From Leptogorgia sarmentosa (Eukaryota): a stretch of 64,000 nt of DNA. Position 1 is the first letter of the stretch. The number at the start of each line of letters is the position of its first letter. A program made the position numbers and the translations under genes. Of the stretch, positions 1 to 14,400 are shown piece by piece. The DNA is taken from NCBI GenBank assembly GCA_964658305.1, contig OZ210884.1, positions 7,316,001 to 7,380,000 on the forward strand. Reading direction: 5' to 3'. The notes below the pieces were generated by a model. That model was not told where the DNA came from and made no database searches. It was given only the letters and a program-made list of their open reading frames with translations.

Positions 1-90
1 AAGAAAATTGAGAGAGCATGTACCCAGTAAGAGAAAGGCAGTATTCAGACGAACTTTTAATTGATCTGAACTCTGCAATTCACTCACAGA

Positions 91-921
91 TTGCATTTGT
101 TAGTAGGTAAACGTTGTGTTATGTAATTGTCAGACGGTAGAGAAGTGATACAAAATGTCATGTTGGGGAGAACGGTAATAATGACGTCATTGTATGTAGG
201 TGGAGATTTAGGACGTTAATGTTTAATTGGCTGTGCAGACAGTAATTGAAGGACAGTTTGCATTTGTTAGTAGGTAAACGTTGTGTTAATTGACAGACGG
301 TAGAGAAGTCATACAAAATGTCAAGTGGGGAGAACGGTAATAATGCCGTCATTGTATGTAGGTGGAGATTTAGGACGTTAATGTTTAATTGGTTGTGCAG
401 ACAGTAATTGAAGGACAGTTTGCATTTGTTAGTAGGTAAACGTTGTGTTATGTAATTGTTAGACGGTAGAGAAGTCATACAAAATGTCAAGTTGGGGGAG
501 AACGGTAATAATGCCGTCATTGTATCATTTGTATGTAGGTGGAGATTTAGGACGGTTAAGGTTTAATTGGCTGTGCAGGCAGTAATTGAAGGACAGTTTG
601 CATTTGTTAGTAGGTAAACATTGTGTTAATTGTCAGACGGTAGAGAAGTCATACAAAATGTCAAGTTGGGGGAGAACGGTAATAATGCCGTCATTGTATC
701 ATTTGTATGTAGGTGGAGATTTAGGACGTTAAGGTTTAATTGGCTGTGCAGGCAGTAATTGAAGGACAGTTTGCATTTGTTAGTAGATAAACGTTGTGTT
801 AATTGACAGACAATAGAGAAGTCATACAAAATGTCATGTTGGGGGAGAACGGTAATAATGACGTCATTGTAGGTGGAGATTTAGGAAGTTAAGGTTTATG
901 CAGACAGTAATTGAAGGACAG
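91..921. repeat. Tandem repeat, ~162-178 bp unit, about 5 copies, inside an AGTPBP1 intron
   Basis: The motif ttgcatttgttagtag recurs at 91, 258, 420, 598 and 771, with near-identical sequence in between. Confidence 0.95.
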
Positions 922-1080
922 TAAAGTTATAGCATGTGCGAGTTATTGTAGAGTGAGTCATGTCAGTGTATTTGTAGTTAGTAAACACTAGTGTTTTAAA
1001 GTGCTAAGGATGAAAGTGACCCTGAAAAATTAAAAGTGAAGTTATCAATGGAAGAGGCATACCTCTGAGGAAATCCTTAC

Positions 1081-1892
1081 CTCCAGCAGATAATTCCAGA
1101 AGACAACCCAAGATATTTAACACAAGCTGAGTATCATTCCAGTCCTAACAGACATAAATATTGGATTATGATGCATTATTTTGAGAATAACTAATGATGA
1201 CCTTAATTTCACAGTATAAAACTGCCCTTGAAGCTAATCAAAATTGATGAACAATGGACTCACCTCCAAAAGATTTAGCAACATTGTTGTTTTCTCGCAT
1301 ATTTTACTGATTATTTCTTTCTTTCCTTTATCTGTATAAGAAAAAAAATCAAGACTCAATAAAAAGACCAAGCAAATATTTTACTCAACTGAACGAACTT
1401 TTACTTGATTTGGACCAAATTCATTTGAGGAATTAAACAATGATCAGTTTCTTGTTGACAAACCTTGTGTTTGCAGGAGCTGGTAAATCTTGAGTGTGAC
1501 ATAACGAAGTTGTTCAGTGTCTCTCAGAGGTTTCTCAACAGCCACAAGCTTTTCCAGTTGTTCAGTTACCTGGGCAATTCTGGAGACACTAGATGAGAAA
1601 GTTTATCAAACAATTGTTTAATTTATACACGATGATCATAATTATTATAGCTTTTCCATGCAAATCTCTCACATTTACTTTGGTCTACAAAACATAAACA
1701 GTATTTACAGTTAGTAATATGAGAAAGAAAAAAATAAAACTCCATTAACCTGAGCCTGAGGTGAGTGTAATGATGTGATTGCTACGTAGCTGGATCACAT
1801 CACATATAAGACTAAGAGATCAGTGAGATAAATATTTCAGTAATTTCACTAGTGTCTATCTGAATATACCTCTTATTGGTGGATTTACTCAT
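1081..1892 (-). CDS. AGTPBP1: Cytosolic carboxypeptidase 1 (CCP1/Nna1), first four coding exons; the gene continues beyond the left edge
   Basis: Exons 1892-1870, 1588-1464, 1331-1264 and 1144-1081 have GT-AG borders and consistent phases. They give MSKSTNKSVSRIAQVTEQLEKLVAVEKPLRDTEQLRYVTLKIYQLLQTQDKGKKEIISKICEKTTMLLNLLEDWNDTQLVLNILGCLLELSAG, which matches the CCP1 N-terminus as I recall it (SRI..LEK, RYVT.KI, LE..D.Q..LNIL..L.EL..AG). Confidence 0.85.
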
Positions 1893-2478
1893 TCTCTTTC
1901 GGCCAAGATCGTTTGATCAATCATTACTGAATTACCAATGCATCTTCGACCATGATATAAGGATGTATTTCTAATCAGTGCTTGTGCAAGCACCAAACTG
2001 GTGCAATTATCAGTGAATACTGCATCACTTTCTACTTTATTTATTTTTCGTTTTTCAGCAGGCTTTCTTTCTACTCGTGTTAGAAACCATTTCCACGTAT
2101 ATGAAAAGATAATCGGTTAATCTGTACAAATTTCATGTCAAATTTTACAATAATTCTCCTTCATTGAAAACACAAAATTACAAAAGTCAACAACGCTTGA
2201 CAGTAATCGCTATGACAATGGCAAAGACGGCTGAATCACAACTGGATAGCGCGGGCTCATCGAATATTTTCAATTACTCTGAAATCAACAATCAACATTA
2301 AATTTAAAAAATAAGATCATCTGATTTATGATTCAAATTTTGGGTTGGAAATTTAACTATTTGCCTCAAAATGTAGCTCATAGGTTGGCTGTTTTGTAGA
2401 TTTTCGTTAGCTTCTTCTGAAGAATAAGTATATAATGATTTTGGAACTCGACATGGTGGATGTATATTGATAGCAATA

Positions 2479-5400
2479 ATGCCGAAGTGCTCCCCTGCGA
2501 AAAGACGTAAGAAGGAAGCCGCCAGTAAGGATGATAGTAAGCAATCGGAGAAGGTAAAACAGAAACATCAAGACAGTGAAAAAACTGCTGCACGAATTGA
2601 AGATGATCCAAAGGATGAAAATGTTGATCATAGTGATAACGACGACGCATGCGCAGAACAGAGTTTAGATATCGATCAGAGTCTAGACAGAAATGCATCA
2701 AAGAGTAATCTATCTGTGTTTAATGTCAAAAGCATAATACATGTAAGTATGATCACAACAGCTTTTGAGACATGTTGTTACAGGAGGATATATAGATGCT
2801 CCCTGCTTCCCTGCACCCCCCCTCACACCCCCCCCCCCCTGCCCTTCCACAGTCCTGCAGAACCTCTACACTTGAACTCTTCAAATTTCTACCCTCTCAT
2901 GACTTTCTAATTCTTCATCTGCAGCATGTGTTGTCAGATGAACGTGTTGTTGACATGGCACTACAGGCTGCCGAGGAAGATGATGATGATCAAAATGATA
3001 CCAAGGAAGATTCTATCTTTGCCAGTATTATTGTAAGTCAAATCTCTACTTGAAACTGTTAGTAATGTCAAAAAATGTCTGGACATCATGCTGGATGATG
3101 GTTTCAAATTTTTTTTTAACAACAGGAACCAAAGCTGACAAGATCAAGGGTTCGGCAGGTTGCTGAAACAATCGGAACTGCACCAGATCCACTCTTGCTT
3201 GTGGTGGGTTCAGCTGTTCAGATGCATATCAGGATTCATGTTACTCTTTCTGAGTCTGTGTGGACAAAGTGTCAGTGTGGACAATGTTTCAGTAAACTAA
3301 AGTTTTTGAAAACTGATTCAACCATACTTGATTTCTAGAAAGAGACAATCATACAATCACCAGTCAAGAATGTCATCTCACCATTTAAACTTAAACGTTC
3401 TGAGAAAATCAACACCCCAGACAAGCTTGGTGAACCTCAAGAAGGTCTTAAAGATAACACCCTGGTATGAAAAACAGATAAAAGTACCATTCTGTAATAG
3501 CTACCTGACCACAAACTTGCTCTCCCCATAAGTTGAACTTTTATTACTGTTTTCTCTTTAGACAAATTCCATTCGATTTCATCAGTAAATAAATGATAGA
3601 TATATTATAAACAAAACGGTTCAACTGCGTGCGTATTTGCTGGGCTACTATGGTGCCATTTTGTTCTAATTCCATTCCACGTTCTTATATGCGTTTGCCT
3701 TCTAATTTATTGTATAATTAATTCTAATTTAGTTGCAAAGTAGCATACATATGTTCATCATCATACGTAAGACCTTACATACCGCTGTTTCCGCGCTAAT
3801 TACTCAATGGATCTGTTGAATTCATTTGGTTGAGATTCAATTCCACGTTTTTTACTCTGTATTTGTCAATTGTTACCAGGAAGTTGAAGTACCTTTGGCT
3901 GATCTCAGGTTCTCTGAAGGAGGCTCATCTGATGAAGAATATGATCCTTTAAACGATGTGAGTATCATGATCTGTATTTCTTGTCTTCATGCAATAGAAA
4001 TAATTAACATTAAGCATGAGGTGTGCTGTCAGTAATTATATATAATTTATGTTGCGTCGGCTGCGTGCCGGTATTCCGTCGGCTGCGTGCCGCTGTTGCG
4101 TCGGCTGCGAGCCTGCACTCCTCCGGCTGCTTGCCTGTGCTCACTGCGTGCAGGTCGATCTTTGCTCTCTGGCTGCTTGCCGAGGTACAGTAGCTACTCC
4201 CTTCGCAGTTTGCTCAGCTGCTTGCCGATGGGGCCGTGTTGTTCGTCGGCTTGTCCTTGCTTGTTGTCCCACCCTTCCCAGGTGTCCTGTAGGGTTGTTC
4301 GTGCGTGCCTGTCATGTAGCACGGCATGCGTGTTTGTTCTCTGTGTTGTGTACCGTGTGGGAGTTGTAATTGTTGTGGTCGGTCATGTTTGGGCTAGCTA
4401 CGTAGGTCCGCCCACAATAGAGATCATCGTAATCCTGCTTACCGAAAAAAATAAGCAGCTTGATCCTTCTCCAAAAGAACTACACCCCCCACAATATTGC
4501 TTGCGGGATTTCGAGGGCGTTAGATGTTAATTGCTTTCGTCGGCAGTATCTGAGCATAAAGACTGCATAACCTTGATCGAAATTCCAAATGAGACTGAAG
4601 TGTCTTTTAAGTGAGACTGTTACTGTTTTTGTTTCTTCCTCAGACGAATGCGTTTACCGTTCTTTCTTATTTTAAGCAGCTGGCGGAGTGGAACTGTACG
4701 GTCTTCACACCTAAAATTAACCTTTTTTACATTGGATATAAATGAGAGTGATTGTTTTTGTATTCCTGAAGAGTTTTTATTTGCAGGATGGAAGTGAAGA
4801 TGACTCTGAAAGTTGTCTTTCTAATACCAGGTATAAAGTTAAAAATTGCAAACTAACTATGGTAAACGTCGCTCGAGATGTTGAATCTTATTAGCTACAT
4901 CTTTTGCTGCTTGTGGGTACGAAATCTACAGTAGTACCACTACAAGATATTTCCCCCCACTATCTGCTAAAAAGACCCCACGACTTTCACGATTCGACTA
5001 AACCTTTGCTACAAATATGTGCTATGCAAATAAAAAGACAATAAAACGTTTGTGATTGCAAATATGGTTTTCTGAGAAAATTAATCTAATCACGAATCTA
5101 AATTATCCTAATGAAGTTTTCTAGGCCACCGACGCCCACTGACATGTTCCTCATTCTGTTTCTTTCAGCGATCTGGCGTCACCCGAACCATTACGTCGTA
5201 CATCACGTGCTAAGAGACGTTTATTAACAGACCCTTCCACCAGTCCACAACCCGATGATTGTCAAAAGGACGAAGTTCATGCATCAAAACGAGGTACCTT
5301 TAAAAACTTCCTTTCCAACTTTTTTTACAGCGTAATGGTTTGCAAGATTTTCCGTTTTCTACCCGGGTAACTACTGTATGTTGCTTAAATTGCAGTGGAG

Positions 5401-8400
5401 TAGGATTACAACGCTTTGGATCTTTAACGTTTTATACTAAATTAAACAATTTGAAATAGGAAATTTTATCATCACAGTTTGAAAGAGCATTAAGAATTCA
5501 GTAAAATCATGAAGTTAATAATGACGCAAATTACATATCAGTGCCTGTCTTAAGGGCTCCGCTCCCCCCTCGATGTTTTGACTTCCTTGAACCTGACGCA
5601 ATATACATACGTTAATGTTTTGTAGCCGACCAGGAAGAGCTTTCGTCGCCATTTAAAGTTCCTTTACCACTGACAAAATCTGCAGAACAAGTAAGAAGTT
5701 AAGATTATGTATTCGTATTCATATATCTTGTAGTTGGAATGAACGATTTGCGCTTTTTAATCTCGTGGGAATAACAAAGGATATTTCCGAAAAGTGTGGT
5801 TGCGAAATGTAAAATTATAGCCTCCGAATTTCGCAAATCAGTACAGTTTATTGCATAGATTTTTATATGCCAAAATTGGTAAGTATTTTAGTTGCAAAAT
5901 ATATTTTGATCGCAGAAACTGTGATAGAAATGCTTGTCTGATTGTTTTTCAAAGGCTGTCTCTCACATCATTCACCAAATTCATATCTCGGTTTAATTCG
6001 AGATTATAATTCTATTTTTGTATAGAAAGAAAACGCAAAAACTGACTTGATAGCAACGAGAACAAGATCCAGACTTCCCCTAACTGATACCAGTCTTGAG
6101 ACTATAGAAGGTATACTGTAGAAGCACTTTTATCACCTACAGTATAGTTTACACCTCCCTTAGACCCAGTTGTGGAGTACATTAATAGTTTAATTCAAGT
6201 TCTCTATATGTTGAAGATTGGTATTTCTATTTATTTATTAAGAATGTTATTCAATTATTTTCAAACAGCTCAGTTTATTCAACCTGACCTTACTCCTGAT
6301 CTTTATGACATCATCAATTTGGAAGATTTGGAACAGGATGATATTGACTGGCAAAAATGGTTGTTTGCTCTGAATACTACTGAGAAAAGTAAGGATATGT
6401 GTATGTTGTTGAGCGTTCTTACAAGAATGACCTACCGTATAGGATTGGAGCCTTATTAGATTTATCTGACTTCGACCTTGAAGTTCGAGTAAAATTATAA
6501 TATTACATTTAACTATACCATCTCGAAGGAATTGAAACTATACTACTTGGAAGGAATTGTTTCAATAAAATCAGGGACTAAACATAAAGAATTCCACAAA
6601 ATAACTCGTACAAAAACGCCAGCCAAAAGTCGCTGTCTATTCCTCAATTGTCAATCACAGTACAGCATTTGCAATAGTATATTATATATTAGTAGTATAC
6701 GTCTAAGGAGTGTTAAATCGTTTGTTATTCTCGTTTTTTTAGCTGCGACAGACACGGATGATCCTGAAGACTCAGAATATAATTTCATGGCGGAAGAGCA
6801 GAAAGAAGAACAAGAAGAGTATCGAACTGATCGAGCAGTAAAAGTTTCACGTAAGAAGTACAAGTTTTGCTTTGTGGAAACATCGCATGTTCTTCTCCTT
6901 ACAATAATGTTTGATACGTGCAAAATTACAAAGAAAATTTCACATATAGAAAATGCAAGTTTTAGTTTGTGGAAACATTGCGTGTTTTCTCGTTGCTGTA
7001 ATGTTTGCTATTCTTCGTTTGCCTTAACCTGCCAATGGAAAGTGATTGGTTGCCATCTTTGGTTCACGTTTATTTCTGCTAATACAGAGAATAAGCTCAA
7101 CTTTTACCATTTCTTGGTATATTTTGGAACTGACAACCATGCCCAACCCATTATTAACATTATTAGTTGCACCCGTGCGATTTAGTGACATTTGATGGAA
7201 CAATCCTTGCGATCATGCAGTCATCTTTTCATGCTCACATAACAACAATTTGCAAAAAACTGTGAAAGAATAAATAGACAGCAGGTTGTCACGCACGAGC
7301 GGTTTTTCACTTTCTGTCCATTACTCGTGCATGGAAGTCAATTTTAATTGACATTAGAAAACGTATTGAATAGGTTTACTGTTTCTTAATGTGTAGAAAA
7401 AGAGTTGGCTGAACTGTTTGAAGAATTTTTGAATGAGGTAACAGATTTTTCATGAATATTTTTAGTGCTGCATGAGTAAGACACAGGTGCTTTAGAGAAG
7501 AACCACAGCTTCGATGACGGAAGCCCATAAATTGTAACGAATTCATTTTGTTTATTTTCTTGATGTGATAAAATCTTGTTTGTCGAAAATTGAAAAATAA
7601 TGTAAATCAGTCAACATATTTGAGGACTTGTAAAGGATTACTTTGTTGTTGGACGGATTACAAAAATATTCTATCGTGATGTCCAAGACAAAATGGCCGT
7701 CAGCAGCAAATTGAGCCCGCAACACTAAGTTGTGTCGTAGGCATGGCTTGAAAAGGAGTGCTATCTATCACTCTACTAATCTCAAAATTAGCAGACTTTA
7801 ATGTTTACTCATTTTCATTCAAAATTTAGTTTGGAGATGAAATTCCACTGTTAGACTCGTCCAGGTACGTAATAATTTGATGTGCATTTAATTGCAACGG
7901 ATCATTCTCAAAAAATGTTTGAAACTTCTTACTTGATAACCTGACATAAACGAAACCTGCTTACGAAGTTACTTTGCAGACATGATTATCCAAATAGAAC
8001 TCTAGAAAATGTTTACCTCTTTCGAACCAAAGTCGTTCATCATGAAAAGAGTCTTTTCAAACATGATATGGTATTGACATTGTAGCTCACAAACGCAATC
8101 AACGACAGATACTTCTGGGATACAATATAGTGAAGAAGTAGCGATGACATTACTACAAAGGCAGTGTTTGATTACACAATTGCAAAAGGTAAGACAACCA
8201 AGGCTACCAAGCTGTGTGAATCAAGTTCTGTACCAATTTAAACATCGATTCCAAACTTCTGGAGCTGTCATACTTTTTAAGCTCTACAAACGACTACAAA
8301 CCTATTATGAATAACCCTGATCTCTTTCCAATTCTTTTAAATACTTGACTTTTGTAAGATACTTGTGTTTCGACCAACGTTGGCGCTGAATTTGAATGTT

Positions 8401-11400
8401 TTTATGTTAAAGCATACCCAACTGCTAGTTCAAGTGTTGTTATTGAGCAAGATTCATCCTGGCTTGAATCTCGAAGCAGAGTCATGCGAAGGTCTTCTTC
8501 AAGATATGCTGCGACTCAATGATCTCGCCAGTAGCAATTACGTTTCTCAGTTGGTGGATAATAAGGACGCTTCGCCAACCGTGTTCTCATCTGTTGGACT
8601 GAATGAAGCTGTGAGGTAACGTAGAAGACGATTTAACACACTGCGTGTATTTCTGCCGCTGTTTGCATCAAAGTAGTCTGGCTTAGACGGTGAATAGGCC
8701 GAGTCGAAAATATCAAACAAATTTATGAATTATATCATACTACATAGATCACAAGCATACTAAACTTTTCTATCTAAACATAACAACTGTGCACTGCACA
8801 TTTAGTTGATTAATATAACTGGAGTGTTTTTGAATTTTAAAGCTAAACGACTTGGGGCAACCGACCCCCGAAAACAAATTATTTAGGGTTAGGACAGCTA
8901 AAAAACTGCTGACATTCGTTTGAAATTGTAAGATACCACACACATTGCTAGAAATGCAATATAGAATCTGAATTATTTTAGGGTCATAAACCTACCCAGT
9001 CCACCTGTTATACCAGTCGCAACACCCACCACATCAAAACCTGGGAACGAGTCACGTGAAGTCACATCAGCTCTTCCTATTCCTGAAGAAATGTTAAAGA
9101 TTATGACGTCATCACCTGTATTCATCTACAAAAGTTTACGACCACATATTCAGTTTCATGTACAGTCTAAGAGCATTTCAGCCCGTGGCGAAAAATTCCT
9201 TCAATGCGAAGACAATCTGCTAGTCTTGGGTCTTGACCAATATGCCCATAATTGGAATGACATTCGAAAACATTACCTCCCGGTTAAAACCCTGAATCAA
9301 ATCAAGATACGTCGCAAAAATTTGTGTTCAAAACGCGCTCCAGATAATGTCGTAAAACAATACAAGAAAACTGGAAAGATACCAATTTTTCCTACAGTGC
9401 CTGTCATTCCAGGTAATATACATGTACTGTGCAGGGTATCCCAGGAAACTGAAAGCACTGAAGTTGACGCATGCTTGGAATTTGAGTGCCTAAACCCGCG
9501 AGTGTATGATGCATGAAAGATTGACGTAACTGCAATAACTATCCTATTAGGGAGCAGTTTGAAATTTTCATGGGCAAAATACAATATTTATTCATTACCT
9601 TGTTGCTAGGGCATTCAAATCAGAGGTCTAGCTAAAAATTAAAAAGTGGCATTTTCATGTACCCTCTTTTTTAATGCGGCCAGGAAAAAATGATCAACTA
9701 CGCATGCTCGGCAAGTTTGAATTTAGTCGTCATCAGGTCGTCATCCAATCAGATGCAGGCACTAACCCGAGACTGCATGGTTCTAACATTTTCTTAATAG
9801 TGAAATAGGTATCGTATTATATTGCTGTTTCTAGCTACAGAAGAACGTCACCGACTTCCTATACTCCCTCGGTGTATGGAACGAAATGAAACATCCCAAA
9901 GTTTAAGTGGGAAAAAAGTGGCGAAGAGAAAAAGGAATGTTAAGACTAGTGATGGAAGCGTGCCACCTTCTGTTAACAACGTAAGCTAAGTCTGATAATT
10001 TTATTAATTCCAGTATAAATTGCATGGTGACTCAATTTCTGGAAAATGAGTGAAAAAAGATGTCTACATAATGACGTAAGAGGTGTACTTTTTTGTAGAA
10101 AATCTCAACAATTGTCTTAAAGGATCCGCGTTGTGAACTTGACGCTACAAAAAATGTTGCAGTAAACAGTCAACCGTCACTTGCGGATGTGAGCAGCAAT
10201 ATGACGATTGAGAATATGAACGTCAGTGACAACCAAGAGCCTGCAAGGTAATGCTTTCTAAAGAAACAAAACTATTTTATTCTTAAGATTCTTACGATAC
10301 AGTATTACCCATGTAACCGTGAATAAAGTTAACACTAGACGGACGAACAGTTGCTGTTGCTTTGGGGCACTGTTTTACGTCATACGGCAGTTGTTGTCAA
10401 TTCTATTCGGTAGCTACGTAGTTCTGCCAAGCATTTTATTCACGGACAGTGGTAAGTCCATATGTAGAACTCCCTCTCCCTCCCTCTCATACTCTCACTT
10501 CTGGCTGTAATTAATCGCTATCTTTTTTTTTTTTTATACTCTAATGTCAGTATGTCTCGAAAATATGTTGTTGTCCATTCTTCCTGCAGTTAATTACCAT
10601 CATTTTTATCTTCTAGGGTTAGTAGTTCTTCGTCCATGGAAAAAATGAGAACGATATTGCCTTTCCCGCAATCCTTACCAAAAGACGTTCCTAAAATGCC
10701 AGTGCCACAGTCTCCACAACAAGCTGCTCCAAGTCATGAATGCAGTTCTGCATTAAATGATGTTCAAACTCCAGCGACTAGTGATAGTTCTAAATGTACA
10801 ATCTTGCAAGGTTCAGAGAAAGAGAATATACAACCCGCGAGTGAGGAATCTCGCTGTGAAAACGCGACTGATTGCGGCAATGGAGACACAGCAACAGACT
10901 CAAACGAAGATATCAAGGTATAATATAGCAACTGCCTTCACCAGGGTTGGGCAAGTCCACTTCAGTCATGTTCAGATAAATAGGTTAGCGATGATGAGGG
11001 AAACTTCAAAATATTGTAGATGGATATGGTTTGGATATGTAACATAACACTAGCCAATAGCATGGTTATCTTGCAAGGTCTCCTATACTAAAACACCTAC
11101 GCTAACCCCCCCCCCCCCCCCCCCCCCCTCAATAATGATGTGATCTTTGAGACGATTGGAGTTACTCTATACTCTATATGGTCACAATCGGTCCAGTTGA
11201 CCGAACTAGAGAATGGAGCAATTTTTTTCTGATAATTTTAGGCTCATGCGATGTCTTATGCTCAATCATATCTCAACACTGTCAAGGTGGGTATTAGGGT
11301 AGTTTAGAGGTACTTTAGAGGTACTTTAGAGGTATTTTAAAGGTACTTTAGAGGTATTTTAGAGGTACTTTAGAATTAAAACGTTGCGTTTTATGACGTA

Positions 11401-14400
11401 TTATACATCGAATAATGCTACTGGCGTTGGTAGTATCAAAGACGTTTAGCTTAAACGACGTATAAACAAGAACTTGAAAACATTCCTATTCATGCACTTC
11501 TGTGTTATATAACTGATGTAAATGTAGTTCTCTGCATAGTTGGTATATTTAGACAGAAACGTTTAGTCTGCTTCATGTCGATGGTTCATGTATTCTTCGA
11601 ATTTTTACTTAATATCCACTGTTTATAGGGTTAAGATTGAGGTAGGACCTTACCTTTCATACAACCAGCCCCTGTTTGGTATTCATTTGATAGCATTTTT
11701 ATCAGTTATTTTCTTAATCTCGTCCACCAAACCTTGCGATCCTTGGGGAAGAATTGATTCTTTGCGGAGGAATTGTTAATATGTTCTTTTGATTATTATT
11801 ATTATTCCCCAGTCTTCTCAGATAGCCTACTCTTTATAGAAAGTCGTGAAGGAAGACAGCCCCACATATCAAGCATTTTTGAAAGTTTTAGTGGAATCAA
11901 AAACTAATACATGGAGCCCAGAAAAGGTAGATATTCACTCTTAGTGTTCTGTGTACGAGTATTTTTAGGACATGGATATAGTTTACCTTGATAACTTCCA
12001 CGTCAAGGAACATCTCCTCGAACTATGTTTTATTTTTGTCGTTCCCCAACACTGCTGCGACAACTAAGAACTTGGATATTCAACTACAGTTCTAAAAGAG
12101 GGAACTTTATTGCAGCACTGCATGTGTCACTTTTCATCTTTTTAGTTTAAATGGTATCGATGCGCTTGACAATTTCATTTCGTTCTTTATTTCTTAAAAC
12201 GTATTCATCAGAGCTTTTTAGCTGCTCTTTCTTGCGACAAAAAAATAAGAATGGAAATGATTGGGTGAATAACCGTATAGCCATTGCTGTTATTGTGTAT
12301 GACATACTCTACAATGTCTGTTCCAGCTATACAAAGAAATTTCTGTGGTCTTGAACGAATTTCCGGATTTGGTTCGTGATTTTGTTGGTTTTCTTGAGCC
12401 TCACCAAGCTTTAGATGCTGGCGTGGTAAGAAAAAATGAAATTTTTCCTTAGAGAATGTGCTATTTCCAGAAGTTAATGTGTACATGTCAAAATTCTCTT
12501 AGTTGAAGCATAGACTGATAGACAATCAAAGGAAAAGACAAGACTAGTGTGGCAAATATTTACTGTCCATTTCTAATTCGATGGTTTTAAATTTTGATCT
12601 GTTTTCCTGCAGTTTATGACAAACAAAGAAATTTTAAAAGCCAGATTATTTCTTCAACATGTTGAGGTAAAATATATTTACAGGACCAATATATATAGCT
12701 ACATTACCGTATCCTCACAATATAAACTATTCGTGGACAGAAATCGTGAAAGGAATATGAATACAGAATATGAATTTTATAACATTTTACATTTTAATGT
12801 GAATTAAAACTGTGCTTTTAAATCATGTCTATTTGTATAATAACTGATTGGAAAATTAATTGGTTGGTATTGCAGCTTATTACTAAGCTATATAGCTTAT
12901 ATATCTATTCTTAATATTTTTAATTAGAGTCATTTTTCAAAGAACTCGTCCCATTTTCAGAAGATCATCAAGGCCTTCTCGACGTTTAATTTACGGGAGT
13001 CGGAATCAAGCCAGGTTAATATATATGTATATATATATAAGATAAATGGCTTTTATCCCATTGCATTAATTTTTCCATCCATTCCCATTTTTTAGTGTTT
13101 TTCCTATCATAAATTCCCAGTCTGAAAAACTCTGTCAATCCTTCACGGCTCCGTTTATGCTATATTTATTATATACGTATGTTTTCTTTAGCTCTATGAC
13201 ACGGTAGTTCCTCTCCTCAAAGGTCAGCAATATCTGATCGAAGAATTTAATTCATTCTTTGATCATTTAAAACCACAACCAAGGTAAGACAATAATATGC
13301 GTGAAAAGTTTGTGATCCTGTTAAATAAGCTAAAAAAATATGTTTTCAAACCACAGGAATCTCTTGAATTCAACAATTCGCTACCATACAAAAACCATAT
13401 ATTTCGTTTAAAACAAAACCATGTCTATACTGACGTTAAAATGGGTCGCAGTCTGTCGAATGTTTCTCCATCCCTTGTTTTTAGTCACAGTGATGATTTT
13501 GAAGAAGTTGACCTTGGAAGTGGCAGTGAGGTAGAGGTCAGTATAGGGCGTGGGAGGAGGGAGGGGTGGGGGGGGGGGGGGGCGGAGGGGTTATCCTTTT
13601 CAGAACTTGTTTACACAAGGGCAAATTATTCCAGATTGGTCAAAAACCCGGAGTGTTTTCGTATCGGATTCGTTTTGCCGTTTACACCAAAAACATGATT
13701 CTTATACAAAATTATCACAATTTGTGATATTTATTGGAGAGAGTTATATTTAACAGGTGGATGATTTCGAAGAAATAATAATTCCTGACGTGAAGAAAAA
13801 TCTGGCAAAGACGAGAGAATTTGTTAAAACAGCAACGAAGCCTCCCACTATGTCGAGAAAACATCGTAGAGTGAAGAAAGATGATACAAACGATAAGAAT
13901 ATCGATGAAAATGTCATAGATTATGACAAAGACAATGAAATGGTTGAAGATCCAATGGAAAAATCTGGTGAAGTTAATGATGATGTAGTCGATAATGAAG
14001 ATAAGGCACTAGATTCTGACGATGATGATTTTAATGAGCCTGCAGATAAATCAAACAGTGATTGTGAAACACAAGAAATTCCAAATGATTCAGAAATGCC
14101 ACTATCGACTAAATCCAACAGCGATCTAAGTAATGTAAGTAGTCCCGCTAGCGAATGCAAGTCAGTGGACGATCCATTTGATGAAGATTACATGGAGTCT
14201 CCGGAAACAACCCGGGAAAGTCAAGTAACGTCGGCTTCCGAGGCTGCGTCAGACTTGAGTAATGAAGCTGTTGATGTGCCCGCGATATCAACTGTTTCTC
14301 CGGATTCGCTAACACAACGTGATCATGATAGACATAGTGAGAAAATACCGAATGCAAAAACGAGTGATGTTTACGCGGATGTTATTTCGAAGCCAGAAAA

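Noticed and set aside
158..829. ORFs of 120 aa and 67 aa on the minus strand
   Set aside because: They are translations of the intronic tandem repeat.
4049..4530. Cys-rich ORFs of 106 aa and 147 aa
   Set aside because: They overlap in different frames within a stop-poor skewed segment and show no recognisable domain.
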